IMG/VR virus record: IMGVR_UViG_3300049009_000811 | Location: 32,001 to 96,000 of that record | DNA from: a virus | Lineage: Duplodnaviria; Caudoviricetes | Reading direction: 5' to 3' (one strand) | Length of the DNA: 64,000 nucleotides | Part shown: positions 26,683-36,656 of the stretch, in pieces | Layout of the letters: each line of letters begins with the position of its first letter | Position numbering within the stretch: the first letter of the stretch is position 1 | The notes under the pieces: generated by a model | The model's input: the letters and a program-made list of their open reading frames with translations, nothing else | Databases searched by the model: none | Told to the model about the DNA's origin: nothing | Made by a program: the position numbers and the translations under genes

Positions 26683-27201
26683 TCACTTCTTCGTGACCGT
26701 TATGACGAATGTCCCGAATTCCGTCCGCTTGCTCGCGCTGAACAGGGCGAACCCGTCATCCGCGCTCGACCTGTCCTTCAGTTCCTCGATCTCCTTGATG
26801 GCGTTTGTGTTGTCGAGGAACTTGTTCTTCGAGCCGAAGTGCTTCACCGCCAGCACGTTGAACTGGTATTCGCCGAGGTCGAGCTTCTGGAACCCGGCGC
26901 CGTGGAGGGTTTGTCTGCCGCCCTTGCGCATCAGAGCCTCGAACCCTTTCTCCGTGGCGTAGTGTTCGATCAGGTCCCTCGCCTTCGCCGAGTACTGCTC
27001 CTCCTGGAGTCTGGCTGGGGCTACGGAGGGCAGAACGTGGGAGTACCCGGGCTTCTGCGGCTGTGCTTGCGGCTCGGCTCCGGAGGCGTCCCCGGCTAAA
27101 GCCCCGAGGGCGGCTAGCCCGCCGGCAGCCAGCTGCCGCAGGTTTATCTCGTTGTACAGGTCTTGGTCTCTCTCCCGCAGGAATTCGTTGAACGCGATCA
27201 T
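26683..27201 (-). CDS. putative internal virion protein
   Basis: N-terminus MIAFNEFLRE; CATACATA late-type box. Confidence 0.65.
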   Translation of the reverse strand: MIAFNEFLRERDQDLYNEINLRQLAAGGLAALGALAGDASGAEPQAQPQKPGYSHVLPSVAPARLQEEQYSAKARDLIEHYATEKGFEALMRKGGRQTLHGAGFQKLDLGEYQFNVLAVKHFGSKNKFLDNTNAIKEIEELKDRSSADDGFALFSASKRTEFGTFVITVTKK

Positions 27202-27284
27202 GTCTTCACCTTCTCCCAGTGTTTTGGCGTATGCTTGTATGTATGCAATCGAGTAGAAAAGTTAATATGCCGGTCGCAAGGAAG

Positions 27285-28007
27285 TCATCGAGCCAACATC
27301 CTGAGCTTTTCCCTGTTGTCCACGTTGACGACATCGTCGAATCCTTCCTCGTTCGAGACATTCTCGAACGACCTCATCATTCTCTCGAGGACTTCCGGCG
27401 GGATGGTTTTCGATCCCCCCTGGAACTTTATCTCCCTCGACCTCTTGAACGCTATTTTCTGGATGACCTCCTCAGCCCCCTCGAAAGGGAAGACCACGGC
27501 GACCTTCTGGAACATCTCGTCCTTGCCAGCGACGGCGGAGAGAGCCTGGCTTCTCGCCCTCGCGGTCATGTTGGTCATGTCCACGACTATGTCCCTGCCC
27601 GAGGTGGCAGCCCCCGCCATCTTGCCCTTGAGCTGTGCGTTTATGGAGGAGTTGGCTGCGAGTATCTTCGAGTACGACAGCGACTGCCATGGGACGGAAG
27701 GTGGGGACTTGACGACCGTGCCGTACTTGCCGTCCTCCGAGCCCTCGACCGAGCCTTCCGGCGGGGCTGAGAACATGTCGTCGTATGTCATGCCCATACC
27801 CTTCGCCACCTCCTCGGCTATGGAGTCGCGGTTGATGATGTAAGGCTCGTCACGGAAGGTTTCCTTGATCCATGTCGATTTCCCCACCGCCGGCGGACCG
27901 ACCAGGACGAATATGGTCTTCCTCTCCTCGGCGTCCTCGAGGTACTGGCTCTCCGTGATTATGCCTGCGAGGTAAAGCCTGTATTTGGGGTTGTCTTTGT
28001 TGTTCAT
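27285..28007 (-). CDS. P-loop kinase (AAA_33 / polynucleotide-kinase-like)
   Basis: VLVGPPAVGKST Walker A, IVVDMTN...R. Confidence 0.8.
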   Translation of the reverse strand: MNNKDNPKYRLYLAGIITESQYLEDAEERKTIFVLVGPPAVGKSTWIKETFRDEPYIINRDSIAEEVAKGMGMTYDDMFSAPPEGSVEGSEDGKYGTVVKSPPSVPWQSLSYSKILAANSSINAQLKGKMAGAATSGRDIVVDMTNMTARARSQALSAVAGKDEMFQKVAVVFPFEGAEEVIQKIAFKRSREIKFQGGSKTIPPEVLERMMRSFENVSNEEGFDDVVNVDNREKLRMLAR

Positions 28008-28066
28008 AGAAGAATTCGTCCTTTTCTGTCTGATCGATCATACTATTGATTTTATACTGAATATAT

Positions 28067-28630
28067 ATGGTCATGGAGAAATATAATTGGAAACATTTGA
28101 TGGAGATAGAGCCGAGGTCTTCGGTGACTTTCGGGATGATCAAGCCTTTCCTGCTGCCGGAACACAAGGTCGTGCTGGACGTGTTCTGCGGCTTTGCCCC
28201 GCTGCACAAGCACATGGCTGACAGGGAATATTTCGGCTACGACTCGAGCGAGGAGGCGATATCGAGCCTCAGGAGGGATTTCCCGAGGGGCAACTGGAAA
28301 GTCCTCAGGGACAGCCAGTTCTCGTTCGACGGCAAGATCGATGTCTTCATCCACCTTGGCATATCGGCTGGGGAGAGGGATACGGACAGCAAGATCGAGA
28401 CGGAGGTGGACTCGAGGATAATAGGGTCGTGTTCGCCTTCTCTGGTCATTCTGGAGATGTGCGCCGGTCATTACGACCGCATAAAGGCTGCCAAGCTGCC
28501 GCACCATTGGGACGCCATAAACGAGCGTGTCGCCAGCAAGTACAGGCTGTTGGCTTCCGAGGCTTTCGATTCGGGCATAAAGAGGGAGTGCGTCGCCAAG
28601 AGGGTGATGAACATCTATGGGGTCGGCTGA
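28067..28630 (+). CDS. class I SAM-dependent methyltransferase
   Basis: VLDVFCGFA...YFGYDSS. Confidence 0.7.
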   Translation: MVMEKYNWKHLMEIEPRSSVTFGMIKPFLLPEHKVVLDVFCGFAPLHKHMADREYFGYDSSEEAISSLRRDFPRGNWKVLRDSQFSFDGKIDVFIHLGISAGERDTDSKIETEVDSRIIGSCSPSLVILEMCAGHYDRIKAAKLPHHWDAINERVASKYRLLASEAFDSGIKRECVAKRVMNIYGVG

Positions 28631-29277
28631 CCGGTTCGCCTTGCGAATCCCAGACCTGCGGCGAACGGTATGGACAGGAACTCGAAACTTTTTTTCGCCT
28701 CGTGGTCTGCCGTGATTTCCTCCCAGAACCGCTTGACGCCACATTTGCCGTATTTCGTCTCTTTCTCGACCGTTATGTCATGGAGAGCCATGTATCCGTC
28801 GTGGGCTAGGAGTTTCTCGCAGAAATGGAAGTCGTGCTTGACCCCTTCGTACGAGTGGTCGCCGTCGATGTAGATGTATTGGTACTTGGAGGGCGAGGAG
28901 AAGTTCTCCAGCCTCATGTTGTGTATCCTTATGATGTTCTGGCATCCGACTGGTTCCCAGTAGTCTTTCTTGGCTGTCTTCCAGATGCCGACCCCGCCCC
29001 AGGCGTTCGTCTCGTCGATGCTGTAGCCCGCGTCGACGAAATCGACGGTCCCGGCTCCCTCGTCCCTGCAGGCTATGCCGCATATCGATGGAACGTATCC
29101 CCTTTGCGACCCGACGACCAGGACATTTGCCGGTCTTATGTTGCGGATGAAGGCGTAGTGGAAAAGACCGAACCCGAGGTTGTTTTTGGCGTAGTCGTTG
29201 TTGTGGTTCCTGTCGTGGTATCTGTCCCTTATTGTTTTCGCGATGTTCGGGTTCGCGAACGGGTCGTGGTTTCCCAT
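28615..29277 (-). CDS. Methyltransf_24-like SAM methyltransferase
   Basis: VLVVGSQRG, YIYIDGDHSYEGVKHDF, LHD. Confidence 0.8.
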   Translation of the reverse strand: MGNHDPFANPNIAKTIRDRYHDRNHNNDYAKNNLGFGLFHYAFIRNIRPANVLVVGSQRGYVPSICGIACRDEGAGTVDFVDAGYSIDETNAWGGVGIWKTAKKDYWEPVGCQNIIRIHNMRLENFSSPSKYQYIYIDGDHSYEGVKHDFHFCEKLLAHDGYMALHDITVEKETKYGKCGVKRFWEEITADHEAKKSFEFLSIPFAAGLGFARRTGQPTP

Positions 29278-29288
29278 TGTTTCCCCCG

Positions 29289-29633
29289 TTACATGCTGAA
29301 GGAGCTTCCGCAGCCGCAGGTTGACTTCGCTTGCGGGTTGTCTATCCTGAAGCCGCGGGCGTTGAGGTCGTCGACGAAGTCGACGGTGGCGTCGCCGATG
29401 TACATGGCGCTCCTCTTGTCGAGGACGATCGTGACCCCGTTGACCTCGTGCCTCTCGTCTATCCTCTCGTTGAACTCCGTCTCCACGGTTATCTTGGACT
29501 GGAAGCCGGAACAGCCGCCGCCGACCACCTTCAGCCTTATGTGCATTTCTCCCGCGGACTGGTCTTGCGACTTCTGCTCCTCTATAGCCCTCGCTATCTC
29601 CGCGGCAGCCTTGTCTGTGATCTTTATTGGCAT
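29289..29633 (-). CDS. iscA: A-type Fe-S cluster carrier (IscA/HesB/ErpA family)
   Basis: GGGCSG and C-terminal CGCGSSF signatures. Confidence 0.9.
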   Translation of the reverse strand: MPIKITDKAAAEIARAIEEQKSQDQSAGEMHIRLKVVGGGCSGFQSKITVETEFNERIDERHEVNGVTIVLDKRSAMYIGDATVDFVDDLNARGFRIDNPQAKSTCGCGSSFSM

Positions 29634-29714
29634 ATGTCTTCCTTTCTAGAAAAAACTTTCATTGGTTGTTCGCCCCATATCATTTTTGTGTCCGACTTTG
29701 CAAGATCAAGTGCT

Positions 29715-30371
29715 CTAGTTGATCCCGTCGTAGTTCTTGTTGCTAGGGGATTCGCCGAAAACTCCACGCATCCACGACTCGTTCTTGCCTGGCTGAACAT
29801 TACCTTTCAAAGCGGAAAGCAAAGCTCTGGCGACAACTCTGTCTTTTTCTTGTTCGTCATTAGGCAATCCTGCATAATCAATGTTCATTAATTTTTGTCG
29901 TTGTTGAAGTTTTGCTTCTAATTTACCTGCTTCTTTTAACTTTGCAGTATCGTCGAATTGATCTGGATTCTGAACAAAAGCTTGAGCAGTAACATTCCAA
30001 CCTTTATGTATAGCATCACTGATCGCTTCAATGTCAGTAACGCCAGAGTCAATGATTTTCTTAGCGAACTCTGCTGACTTTAAATTAGCTTGCCATCCAA
30101 ATGTATTGCCTGGAGTGCTTCGACCATAATGGTAAGCATCATCTAATGCTTTGTCGCTAATTGTCGCTAATTGTTGAATGTTTAAAGATGAAGCTGCTTG
30201 TGCTTGTGCCGCTCCCGGAGCTTGTGCTTGTGCCGCTCCCGGAGCTTGTGCTTGTGCCGCTCCCGGAGCTTGTGCTTGTGCCGCTCCCGGAGCTTGCGCT
30301 GCTCCTGCCGTTGGCGGAATCTCGCCAGCCTCGTTGGTCCTGAGTTGCAGATACTCGTAGAAATTCATCAT
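29715..30371 (-). CDS. putative virion protein with PGAAQAQA repeats and RyR-like domain
   Basis: MNFYEYL N-terminus; AIHKGW...YAGLPNDEQEKDR. Confidence 0.65.
   Translation of the reverse strand: MMNFYEYLQLRTNEAGEIPPTAGAAQAPGAAQAQAPGAAQAQAPGAAQAQAPGAAQAQAASSLNIQQLATISDKALDDAYHYGRSTPGNTFGWQANLKSAEFAKKIIDSGVTDIEAISDAIHKGWNVTAQAFVQNPDQFDDTAKLKEAGKLEAKLQQRQKLMNIDYAGLPNDEQEKDRVVARALLSALKGNVQPGKNESWMRGVFGESPSNKNYDGIN
30196..30291. repeat. 24-bp tandem repeat x4 (GCTTGTGCTTGTGCCGCTCCCGGA)
   Basis: Direct reading; encodes PGAAQAQA. Confidence 0.9.
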
Positions 30372-30434
30372 GACGACACCTTTTTTAAAAAACATTTGAT
30401 GAATTATGTATGTCTCTACGATGGAAAACAACGG

Positions 30435-30626
30435 TTATTTTTTGTTTTCCAGGCTTCTGTCCAAGATCCTCTCCGCGATGTCGACCATCACCGAGACGGA
30501 TTCTTCGCCAGCCGAAGTCCTCCTCGCAGCCTCCTTCCGCAGGGACGCAAGGAAAAGCCTTTCCGCCTCGCCGAGGTTCGGGTCGTTGACGACTTCCGAC
30601 AGCATGTTGTCGATGTCCATGTCCAT
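30435..30626 (-). CDS. hypothetical protein
   Basis: GAGG RBS before MDMDIDN. Confidence 0.6.
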   Translation of the reverse strand: MDMDIDNMLSEVVNDPNLGEAERLFLASLRKEAARRTSAGEESVSVMVDIAERILDRSLENKK

Positions 30627-30784
30627 GTGGCTACCTCTATCCAATGTGATTGTTTTCCGACACACCAAAATATCATATCCGCGTCGACAGGAGAATATGG
30701 TTTTCCGCATTATGGTCGGATGATTTTCCTTCTGGGCACATAGATATCGGTGAGGCTGGAAAACTTATAATGGGGTGAGACAAC

Positions 30785-31450
30785 ATGAGATTCAAAGAGT
30801 GGCTGGTTCTTGGCGAGGCTTTGGACCCTACCAAGACATACGACAAGGCGTCAGACAAGTGGGTCCCGTTCGACCCCAACAGCATCGAGATCAAGAACGG
30901 CAAGGTAGATTTCTCCGTTGACGGAGAGGACTTCTTCGCGTCGTTCGCGCCCACGACGATAACGGCCAACCAAGTCAATCCGGCGCTTGGGGACCAGGAG
31001 TTCAAAGGCGTGTCCATAAGCTTCACCGGTCCAAGAGGTTTCTCCCTGACCGGGACAAGCAAGAACCCGACCGAGGTCTACGCCAACCTGGCGAAGGCGG
31101 TATATGGCTACACGTCCCAGAGGAACCCCGACTTCCTGACGTTCGGTCCAGCCAACGAGAAGATGAACGTCCCATACAAGCTCCTCTACGACGGTTTCCT
31201 CAGCAAGTCCTACCCGCTGGCGCACGCGTCTGACGACCAGAAGTATTTCGTGAGAAGGGACATTTTCGAGATGATGAAGAATCATTTCCCGAAACCAAGG
31301 GAAGAACACGAGGAAGAATGGTCCAAAAGGGTCAAGGAAATAAAGGAAAAAAAGGTGAGGGAAAGAAAACCCGTTGGCTTTCTGAGCAAGCCGCCGAATG
31401 AAATCCCATATTCTTTCGAGCCAGAGCCAAGCTTCGGTCGTGACGTTTAA
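30785..31450 (+). CDS. putative internal virion protein
   Basis: MRFKEWL N-terminus; CATAGATA box at 30739. Confidence 0.7.
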   Translation: MRFKEWLVLGEALDPTKTYDKASDKWVPFDPNSIEIKNGKVDFSVDGEDFFASFAPTTITANQVNPALGDQEFKGVSISFTGPRGFSLTGTSKNPTEVYANLAKAVYGYTSQRNPDFLTFGPANEKMNVPYKLLYDGFLSKSYPLAHASDDQKYFVRRDIFEMMKNHFPKPREEHEEEWSKRVKEIKEKKVRERKPVGFLSKPPNEIPYSFEPEPSFGRDV

Positions 31451-31480
31451 ACATCCAGAAAACAATCAAAGGACACCTCT

Positions 31481-32749
31481 ATGGCGAGAGTCATGACATT
31501 CATCGAGTACCTTGAGCATCGAGACCCTTCGATGCACGCCGAGATCATCAACGAGGACCTAGCCGGGATCTACAGGAGAGGCAAGGAGATGGTCGGTCAG
31601 GCTTGGCAGGGGACGAAGGACTTCGCCTCGAGTTTCATGTCCGAGCTGAAAAGCCAGATCGGGGAGTTCTCCGCGGACTTCAAGAGCATAAAGGGGATTT
31701 ACGACAAGGGGGAGCTGACCCCCAAGCTGGTGACGCTCATGAGGGAGAAGGGTCTGAGGCACAGGGACACGCTCATGGAACTCGGGAAACTGGGGATCAT
31801 CCTCGGGACGGTCGGTCTGGTCGCGATGGGCGGCGCCGCAGGCAAGGCTCACGCCCCGACCGTGCAGCACGACTACGACCATGACGGCGGCGACCACTCC
31901 CATGACGGCGCTGACCACTCCCACGACGGCGGTATCGGCGTACTCGCCGGGAAGGAAGGGATCAAGATAGCCAAGGCTATAGACAGCAAATACAAGCTGT
32001 CGCCGGAAGGCAAGGCTAAGCTCAAGACCATGAAGATGATCAAGCCATCTGAGATACTGAAGAAGCTCTACGGCGACGAGGACTACGAGAAGGTCGTCAG
32101 GACGGCAGCCAAGGAGCAGGGCGCGCAGAATGTACATGGGGTTGAGATTCCCGCGTTGAACTCCCCGGTCACGACCATGGCGGACAAGATGGACGACCCG
32201 ATCCCGGTGATTTTCGCCAACGCCTCTGATTTCGGAGTGCAGAACGCCGGCGGGTTCTGCGCCTCGCTTAATATCGACGGCAAGCTTCAGAAGTTCTGCG
32301 TCGTCGAGAGCGAGAGCGAAATACACACCCTTGCCCACGAGCTTCGCCACACGACGCAGGACAACCGCGGCAGCGGCAGCTACCTGGACGACAATAGCGG
32401 CAAATACAACGTCGGAGACCTGAGTGACCTGGAAAGGTACTCGGCGGACCAGAACGAGATAGGTGTTAGGATAGCCGGGATGAAGCAGACATATCTGGAC
32501 AAGATGAAGACGGAGAATCCGCAGACCTACCAGAAGCTCAAGTCGAACGATTTCAAGATGGGCGACGGCGACACCAATGCCCTGATACATTATTTCTACA
32601 AGAACCCTGGCAAGTTCAGCTATGACGTGCAGCAGATGAAGCACACGCTGGACAACGCCAAGGACCTCGACAAGCTCATAGGCGTTTTCAAGGACGAGAT
32701 AAACAAGGTCGTCGATGCCGGACAGGGTCGCGGAGACGGCTTGGCTTGA
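31481..32749 (+). CDS. putative virion protein with HExxH metallopeptidase motif
   Basis: MTFIEYLE N-terminus, TM segment, His-rich HDGxDHS repeats, LAHELRH. Confidence 0.7.
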   Translation: MARVMTFIEYLEHRDPSMHAEIINEDLAGIYRRGKEMVGQAWQGTKDFASSFMSELKSQIGEFSADFKSIKGIYDKGELTPKLVTLMREKGLRHRDTLMELGKLGIILGTVGLVAMGGAAGKAHAPTVQHDYDHDGGDHSHDGADHSHDGGIGVLAGKEGIKIAKAIDSKYKLSPEGKAKLKTMKMIKPSEILKKLYGDEDYEKVVRTAAKEQGAQNVHGVEIPALNSPVTTMADKMDDPIPVIFANASDFGVQNAGGFCASLNIDGKLQKFCVVESESEIHTLAHELRHTTQDNRGSGSYLDDNSGKYNVGDLSDLERYSADQNEIGVRIAGMKQTYLDKMKTENPQTYQKLKSNDFKMGDGDTNALIHYFYKNPGKFSYDVQQMKHTLDNAKDLDKLIGVFKDEINKVVDAGQGRGDGLA

Positions 32750-32753
32750 TTCC

Positions 32754-33215
32754 TTACCCTATGCAGGTCACCTTCACGTCGTCGATCTTGACGGAATCCC
32801 CTTTTTCGCATGAGTCGATCCAGCCGTCCTCGAAATCGTAGTCGAGCGTTTTAAGCTTGGAGGCGGTTACCGTGCTGGATATTCCGCGACCGGTAAGGTC
32901 CTTGAGGATGAATTTCTTTTCATCGCCTTCTTTTTTCTCGAAGATATATGTTATGCCCTGGTCGTTGTTCGTGATCCAGACTATCTCGGCGTTGTTTTCG
33001 TTTCTCGACTTGCCGGCTGAAACAGCCTCGCAGGTCTGGAACTGACCCCTGTAGGACTGAGGTATGAGGCTTATCGCGCTCTCCACCTCGATCCTCTCGC
33101 TGTTCTCCTCAAGGTTCGATAGGTTCTCGCTGTTGTACGTGCCTATGAATCCGTAGCTGTCCGATGTTTCCTCTACCGTCTGGCGGAAGCTCATCCATTC
33201 GTTGAATTTTCTCAC
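32754..33215 (-). CDS. hypothetical protein (GTG start, MRKFNEW) with C-terminal KDLTGRG domain
   Basis: AAGGAG RBS; TATATATA box. Confidence 0.7.
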   Translation of the reverse strand: MRKFNEWMSFRQTVEETSDSYGFIGTYNSENLSNLEENSERIEVESAISLIPQSYRGQFQTCEAVSAGKSRNENNAEIVWITNNDQGITYIFEKKEGDEKKFILKDLTGRGISSTVTASKLKTLDYDFEDGWIDSCEKGDSVKIDDVKVTCIG

Positions 33216-33277
33216 TGGTTCTCCTTTGCTCGTGTGTGTTATATATAATTGGTCGTAATTTTTTCGAGGAAATAATA

Positions 33278-33598
33278 TTGAGAGACAACATCGTCGCGCC
33301 GACCCTTACCGCCACAAACGACCCGAGCCGCAGCCCGCAGTCCAGCGAGGTCACGGCTCAGGTCGAATCCGTGTTCTTGGCTTCCGGCGAGATAAGGAGG
33401 ATGTCGCCCAGGGAATACGAGAGGCTTCAAGGTTTCCCCGATGACTGGACTATGGTCCCGCAGAACGGCAAGCCAGCCGCGAGATGCCCCAACGGTCCGA
33501 GGTACAAGGCTATCGGCAACAGCATGGCTGTGACTTGCATGCGGTGGATAGGTCGGAGGATATTGAGGAGTCAAGCCCCGGCGGACCTCAGTATCTGA
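33278..33598 (+). CDS. stand-alone C5-methyltransferase C-terminal module (one TRD-like unit plus motifs IX/X)
   Basis: APTLTA...RRMSPREYERLQGFPDDWT...RYKAIGNSMAV; GAGGA RBS, TTG start. Confidence 0.7.
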   Translation: MRDNIVAPTLTATNDPSRSPQSSEVTAQVESVFLASGEIRRMSPREYERLQGFPDDWTMVPQNGKPAARCPNGPRYKAIGNSMAVTCMRWIGRRILRSQAPADLSI

Positions 33599-34203
33599 TC
33601 CTTCGTCATGTTGACAGACGCCTTGGCGAAAGCCGGCAGGTCCAGGATGTCTGGAGAGTCGCAGGCTGACCTGTGCGACGAGTAGGCGCACATCCTCACG
33701 TAGTCGCCCGAGGATACGGCGTTCGAGAGCGGGTGGGCTGGGGAGATGTACGCCTCGGAAGGTTCCAGGTCCTCGGATATCATGGACATTAGCCTCTCGG
33801 AGAAGGACCTAGCCGTTTCAGGCGAGCCGTTCGACTCGTCGAGGCATCCCAAGACCCAGTCACGGACCTCCTTGTTGCCGACTATGTTGAGGCACAGGAG
33901 CGCGGCGAACCTGAATCGCTGCTGGTCGGTTATGTTAGGTCTGGCGGATTCGGCGACGCACCTTATCTTGGAGTAGTGGCGCCTAGCCTTGTCCTCGCCT
34001 ATCTTCTCGAACGACTCGACCTCCCAGAATCTCGGTTCTAGCAGTCCCTCGAAGCTTGGCTGCATAAGCTCCGCAACGTTCAAGTCCTTGTATGGCGTGA
34101 ATATGTAGTTAGGGTTGTCGGTTTCGTACGATTCCCCCGGTTTCATCTCCAGACCGGAGAAATGCCTTCCGTGCTTGTCCGTGACTAGGTAAGAAATGGT
34201 CAT
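33571..34203 (-). CDS. hypothetical protein
   Basis: GGAG RBS before MTISY. Confidence 0.7.
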   Translation of the reverse strand: MTISYLVTDKHGRHFSGLEMKPGESYETDNPNYIFTPYKDLNVAELMQPSFEGLLEPRFWEVESFEKIGEDKARRHYSKIRCVAESARPNITDQQRFRFAALLCLNIVGNKEVRDWVLGCLDESNGSPETARSFSERLMSMISEDLEPSEAYISPAHPLSNAVSSGDYVRMCAYSSHRSACDSPDILDLPAFAKASVNMTKDQILRSAGA

Positions 34204-34307
34204 GATATAGCTCCCGATTTTTCTGGCTGTTGTTGTTTGGCGACTCCCTTTAGAAGAGTGTCCCGACATCACTCTAATATGTTGATGTTTCCCAGGAGTG
34301 AAAAAAA

Positions 34308-35138
34308 ATGAAGAGAATGATGTTTGTGTTGTTTTCGGCTTTCGCCGCGGGATCTTTTTTGGGCATAGCCCTCAAGCCTTCGTTCATGGAGGTCGAGTCG
34401 AAAGAGGAGGGCAAGACCGAGGACATAGTGGCGTATCCGCAGCCAAGGTGGTACATCCAGGACGTCATAGGCAAGAAGGATCTGAGGCTCGGCGCGGTTC
34501 TCTCCGACATAAGGTCGCACATAAGCGACGGGGGCTACTACGACGACGGCGACAAGGTTACTTCTGGTCACGAGACGACCCACGGGATAAACTCCATGGT
34601 CAGGAACAGGCTCTACAATGGTAAGCCGATAAACGCGTTCTACTGCCTTGACGGAAAGGTTTCCGTTCTCGACGAGCCTAGAACCAGAATAGAGGTTGTC
34701 GCCCGCGAGGTGCCGCGCAGCCTTAGGGGCGGGGTTTACGGGCTGTACATGGTCGAGCAGGCTTCGACATGGGGAGACAGGGCTCTGTACATACTGGACG
34801 AGTGGGTCTGCTACACTAACGGCAGCGCTGTCCGCAAGGACCTTGGGATGTCCGGGAGGGCTGAGACCGTCCTGTACATGCTAGAGTTCGACGTCTACGT
34901 CATGACGCTGGCGAAAGTCCTTGAGGATCTCGAGCCTGGATATTCCTTCGGCGGGTTCAAGGACTTCGTGAGGTGGAACGTCGAGAGGAGCATGAGCCTT
35001 TACAACGGCGAGAGGGAAGCCGGTGAATACCTGGCGAAGCTTCGCGGGAACGCGGACGCCGCGGGATTGAGGTCTTTCATGATTGGCTATTTCGGTCGAA
35101 GGTGGTGCGTGGACGTCTTGGGCGTCGGTGGAGTCTGA
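34308..35138 (+). CDS. secreted or membrane-anchored HExxH protein
   Basis: N-terminal signal/TM; GHETTHG and downstream LDEW. Confidence 0.7.
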   Translation: MKRMMFVLFSAFAAGSFLGIALKPSFMEVESKEEGKTEDIVAYPQPRWYIQDVIGKKDLRLGAVLSDIRSHISDGGYYDDGDKVTSGHETTHGINSMVRNRLYNGKPINAFYCLDGKVSVLDEPRTRIEVVAREVPRSLRGGVYGLYMVEQASTWGDRALYILDEWVCYTNGSAVRKDLGMSGRAETVLYMLEFDVYVMTLAKVLEDLEPGYSFGGFKDFVRWNVERSMSLYNGEREAGEYLAKLRGNADAAGLRSFMIGYFGRRWCVDVLGVGGV

Positions 35139-35139
35139 C

Positions 35140-35871
35140 CTACAGCTTCGTGACGCCGTTCACGAGGAGTTTCCTCCTCTCCCTGTACCTGCCGATCTTT
35201 TCAGGGTTGACTTCCCTTCTGAAGTTCGACTTGCTGCTGTCGTCGAATTCGAAGCCGAAGTATTCGATGTCCTTCCTGTATATGCTTCCGACCATGTCCA
35301 CCATCTTGTCCGTGTAGTATGTCCTGTAGTCCTCGTGCTTGCTCCTGTTCGCGTGGGGTAGCTTTTTCCTGTTTCCCGTGATGTCGGACACGAGCTTGAA
35401 GTCCTCTTCGTAGGTGTGGATGCTGCAGAAGTAGTCGACCAGGATCTCCCCGTCGGCGCTCACCCAGTCCATGACCGGACTGAGGTAGAACCAATACCGG
35501 TTGTCTCCGTCGTGTTCCATGTGGATCTCGTCGTCGGTCTGAATGGCGATGTAGTCCTCCATGGTCATTTTCGATATGTGCTTTTCTTTTTTTCTTTTGC
35601 TTCTGCCGTTCATGGACACGCTTTGGTTATCGAGGAGGTACAAGTAGGCTGAAACCATCCTCTCCCAAGGGTTCCTCGTGTTGGCGAACACGAGGTAGTT
35701 TTCGAGGTTTATCTTCTTGTTGCGGTAGTGCTGCATCGAATAGTGGAGCGGCGACCATTCAGTGTTGCCGAATTCGTTGATGACGGAGCAATTGCCGAAA
35801 AGGTCTATTATCGACCACCCGCCGGTCTTCGGCGGGTGTATGAAAATTATTTTCTCCATCTCGTTTATCAT
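35140..35871 (-). CDS. sulfotransferase family 2
   Basis: FIHPPKTGG.S (5'-PSB), RNPWERMVSAY (3'-PB), Y..D...FGF. Confidence 0.85.
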   Translation of the reverse strand: MINEMEKIIFIHPPKTGGWSIIDLFGNCSVINEFGNTEWSPLHYSMQHYRNKKINLENYLVFANTRNPWERMVSAYLYLLDNQSVSMNGRSKRKKEKHISKMTMEDYIAIQTDDEIHMEHDGDNRYWFYLSPVMDWVSADGEILVDYFCSIHTYEEDFKLVSDITGNRKKLPHANRSKHEDYRTYYTDKMVDMVGSIYRKDIEYFGFEFDDSSKSNFRREVNPEKIGRYRERRKLLVNGVTKL

Positions 35872-35962
35872 ATGTTTATGTAGGCATCCTTGCCTGAAGA
35901 TCAATCCGTTGAATGTATATATCATCGAAGCCTAGCCTAGTCAAACAACTTTCGCAACAATC

Positions 35963-36298
35963 TCACGGATGGCGCATGCTGAGTTTCATCACGACCATGC
36001 CGATGACAACCATTATCGAGCCGACAAAGAATCCCCTTGTCGGGTTTATGCCGTATATTAGGTACGGCACGATGACGTCGACTAGTATGACCGAGAACTC
36101 CCAGGCTAGGCTGAACATCAGCAGCCTTTCGCTCCCGTTGGTGATCCTTGTGCCGAAAGCCCACATAGTGCCGCACACGAGGCTGAAGGATACGCACACC
36201 GGCACGTAGTACCACGCGTTCCTGAAGGAATCGTTGTATGACAGCGACATCGATATTCCGTAAAGGAAAAAAACGATCAATACTATTATGTTCTCCAT
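35963..36298 (-). CDS. four-TM small membrane protein (DMT/SMR-like size)
   Basis: Four hydrophobic segments in 111 aa. Confidence 0.65.
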   Translation of the reverse strand: MENIIVLIVFFLYGISMSLSYNDSFRNAWYYVPVCVSFSLVCGTMWAFGTRITNGSERLLMFSLAWEFSVILVDVIVPYLIYGINPTRGFFVGSIMVVIGMVVMKLSMRHP

Positions 36299-36348
36299 AT
36301 AGTTATATGAAGAAGCGGGAGAAGTAAATTACCCGGAAAAATGCTCAA

Positions 36349-36388
36349 AAAAAAGACCGGTCCTTTTTTCGGACCGGTATTTTTTTTT
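36349..36388 (-). terminator. intrinsic terminator (likely bidirectional)
   Basis: A-tract, ACCGGTCC..GGACCGGT hairpin, T-tract. Confidence 0.75.
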
Positions 36389-36645
36389 CAATGCCCCTCG
36401 GCTATTTTCTGGGCTTTCCTGTAATCTCCCTTTCCGAGGGCTTTTCTCATCTTCTTTTTACTCAGAATCTCGCACAGGGTGATTATCACGGACGTGGTGA
36501 CTGGCTTGCTGAAGAAAACAAGCCTTTCGTCTTCGTCGTGACCTATGTGGCATATCAATTCTCCGGTGGACTTGTCGACGAACCTCACCACGTTTTCCCC
36601 CATGCCCAACAAGTCGGACTTGCCGGACTCCTCCTCTTTGAACAT
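36388..36645 (-). CDS. hypothetical protein
   Basis: AAGGA RBS. Confidence 0.65.
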   Translation of the reverse strand: MFKEEESGKSDLLGMGENVVRFVDKSTGELICHIGHDEDERLVFFSKPVTTSVIITLCEILSKKKMRKALGKGDYRKAQKIAEGH

Positions 36646-36656
36646 TCGAGCGTCCT

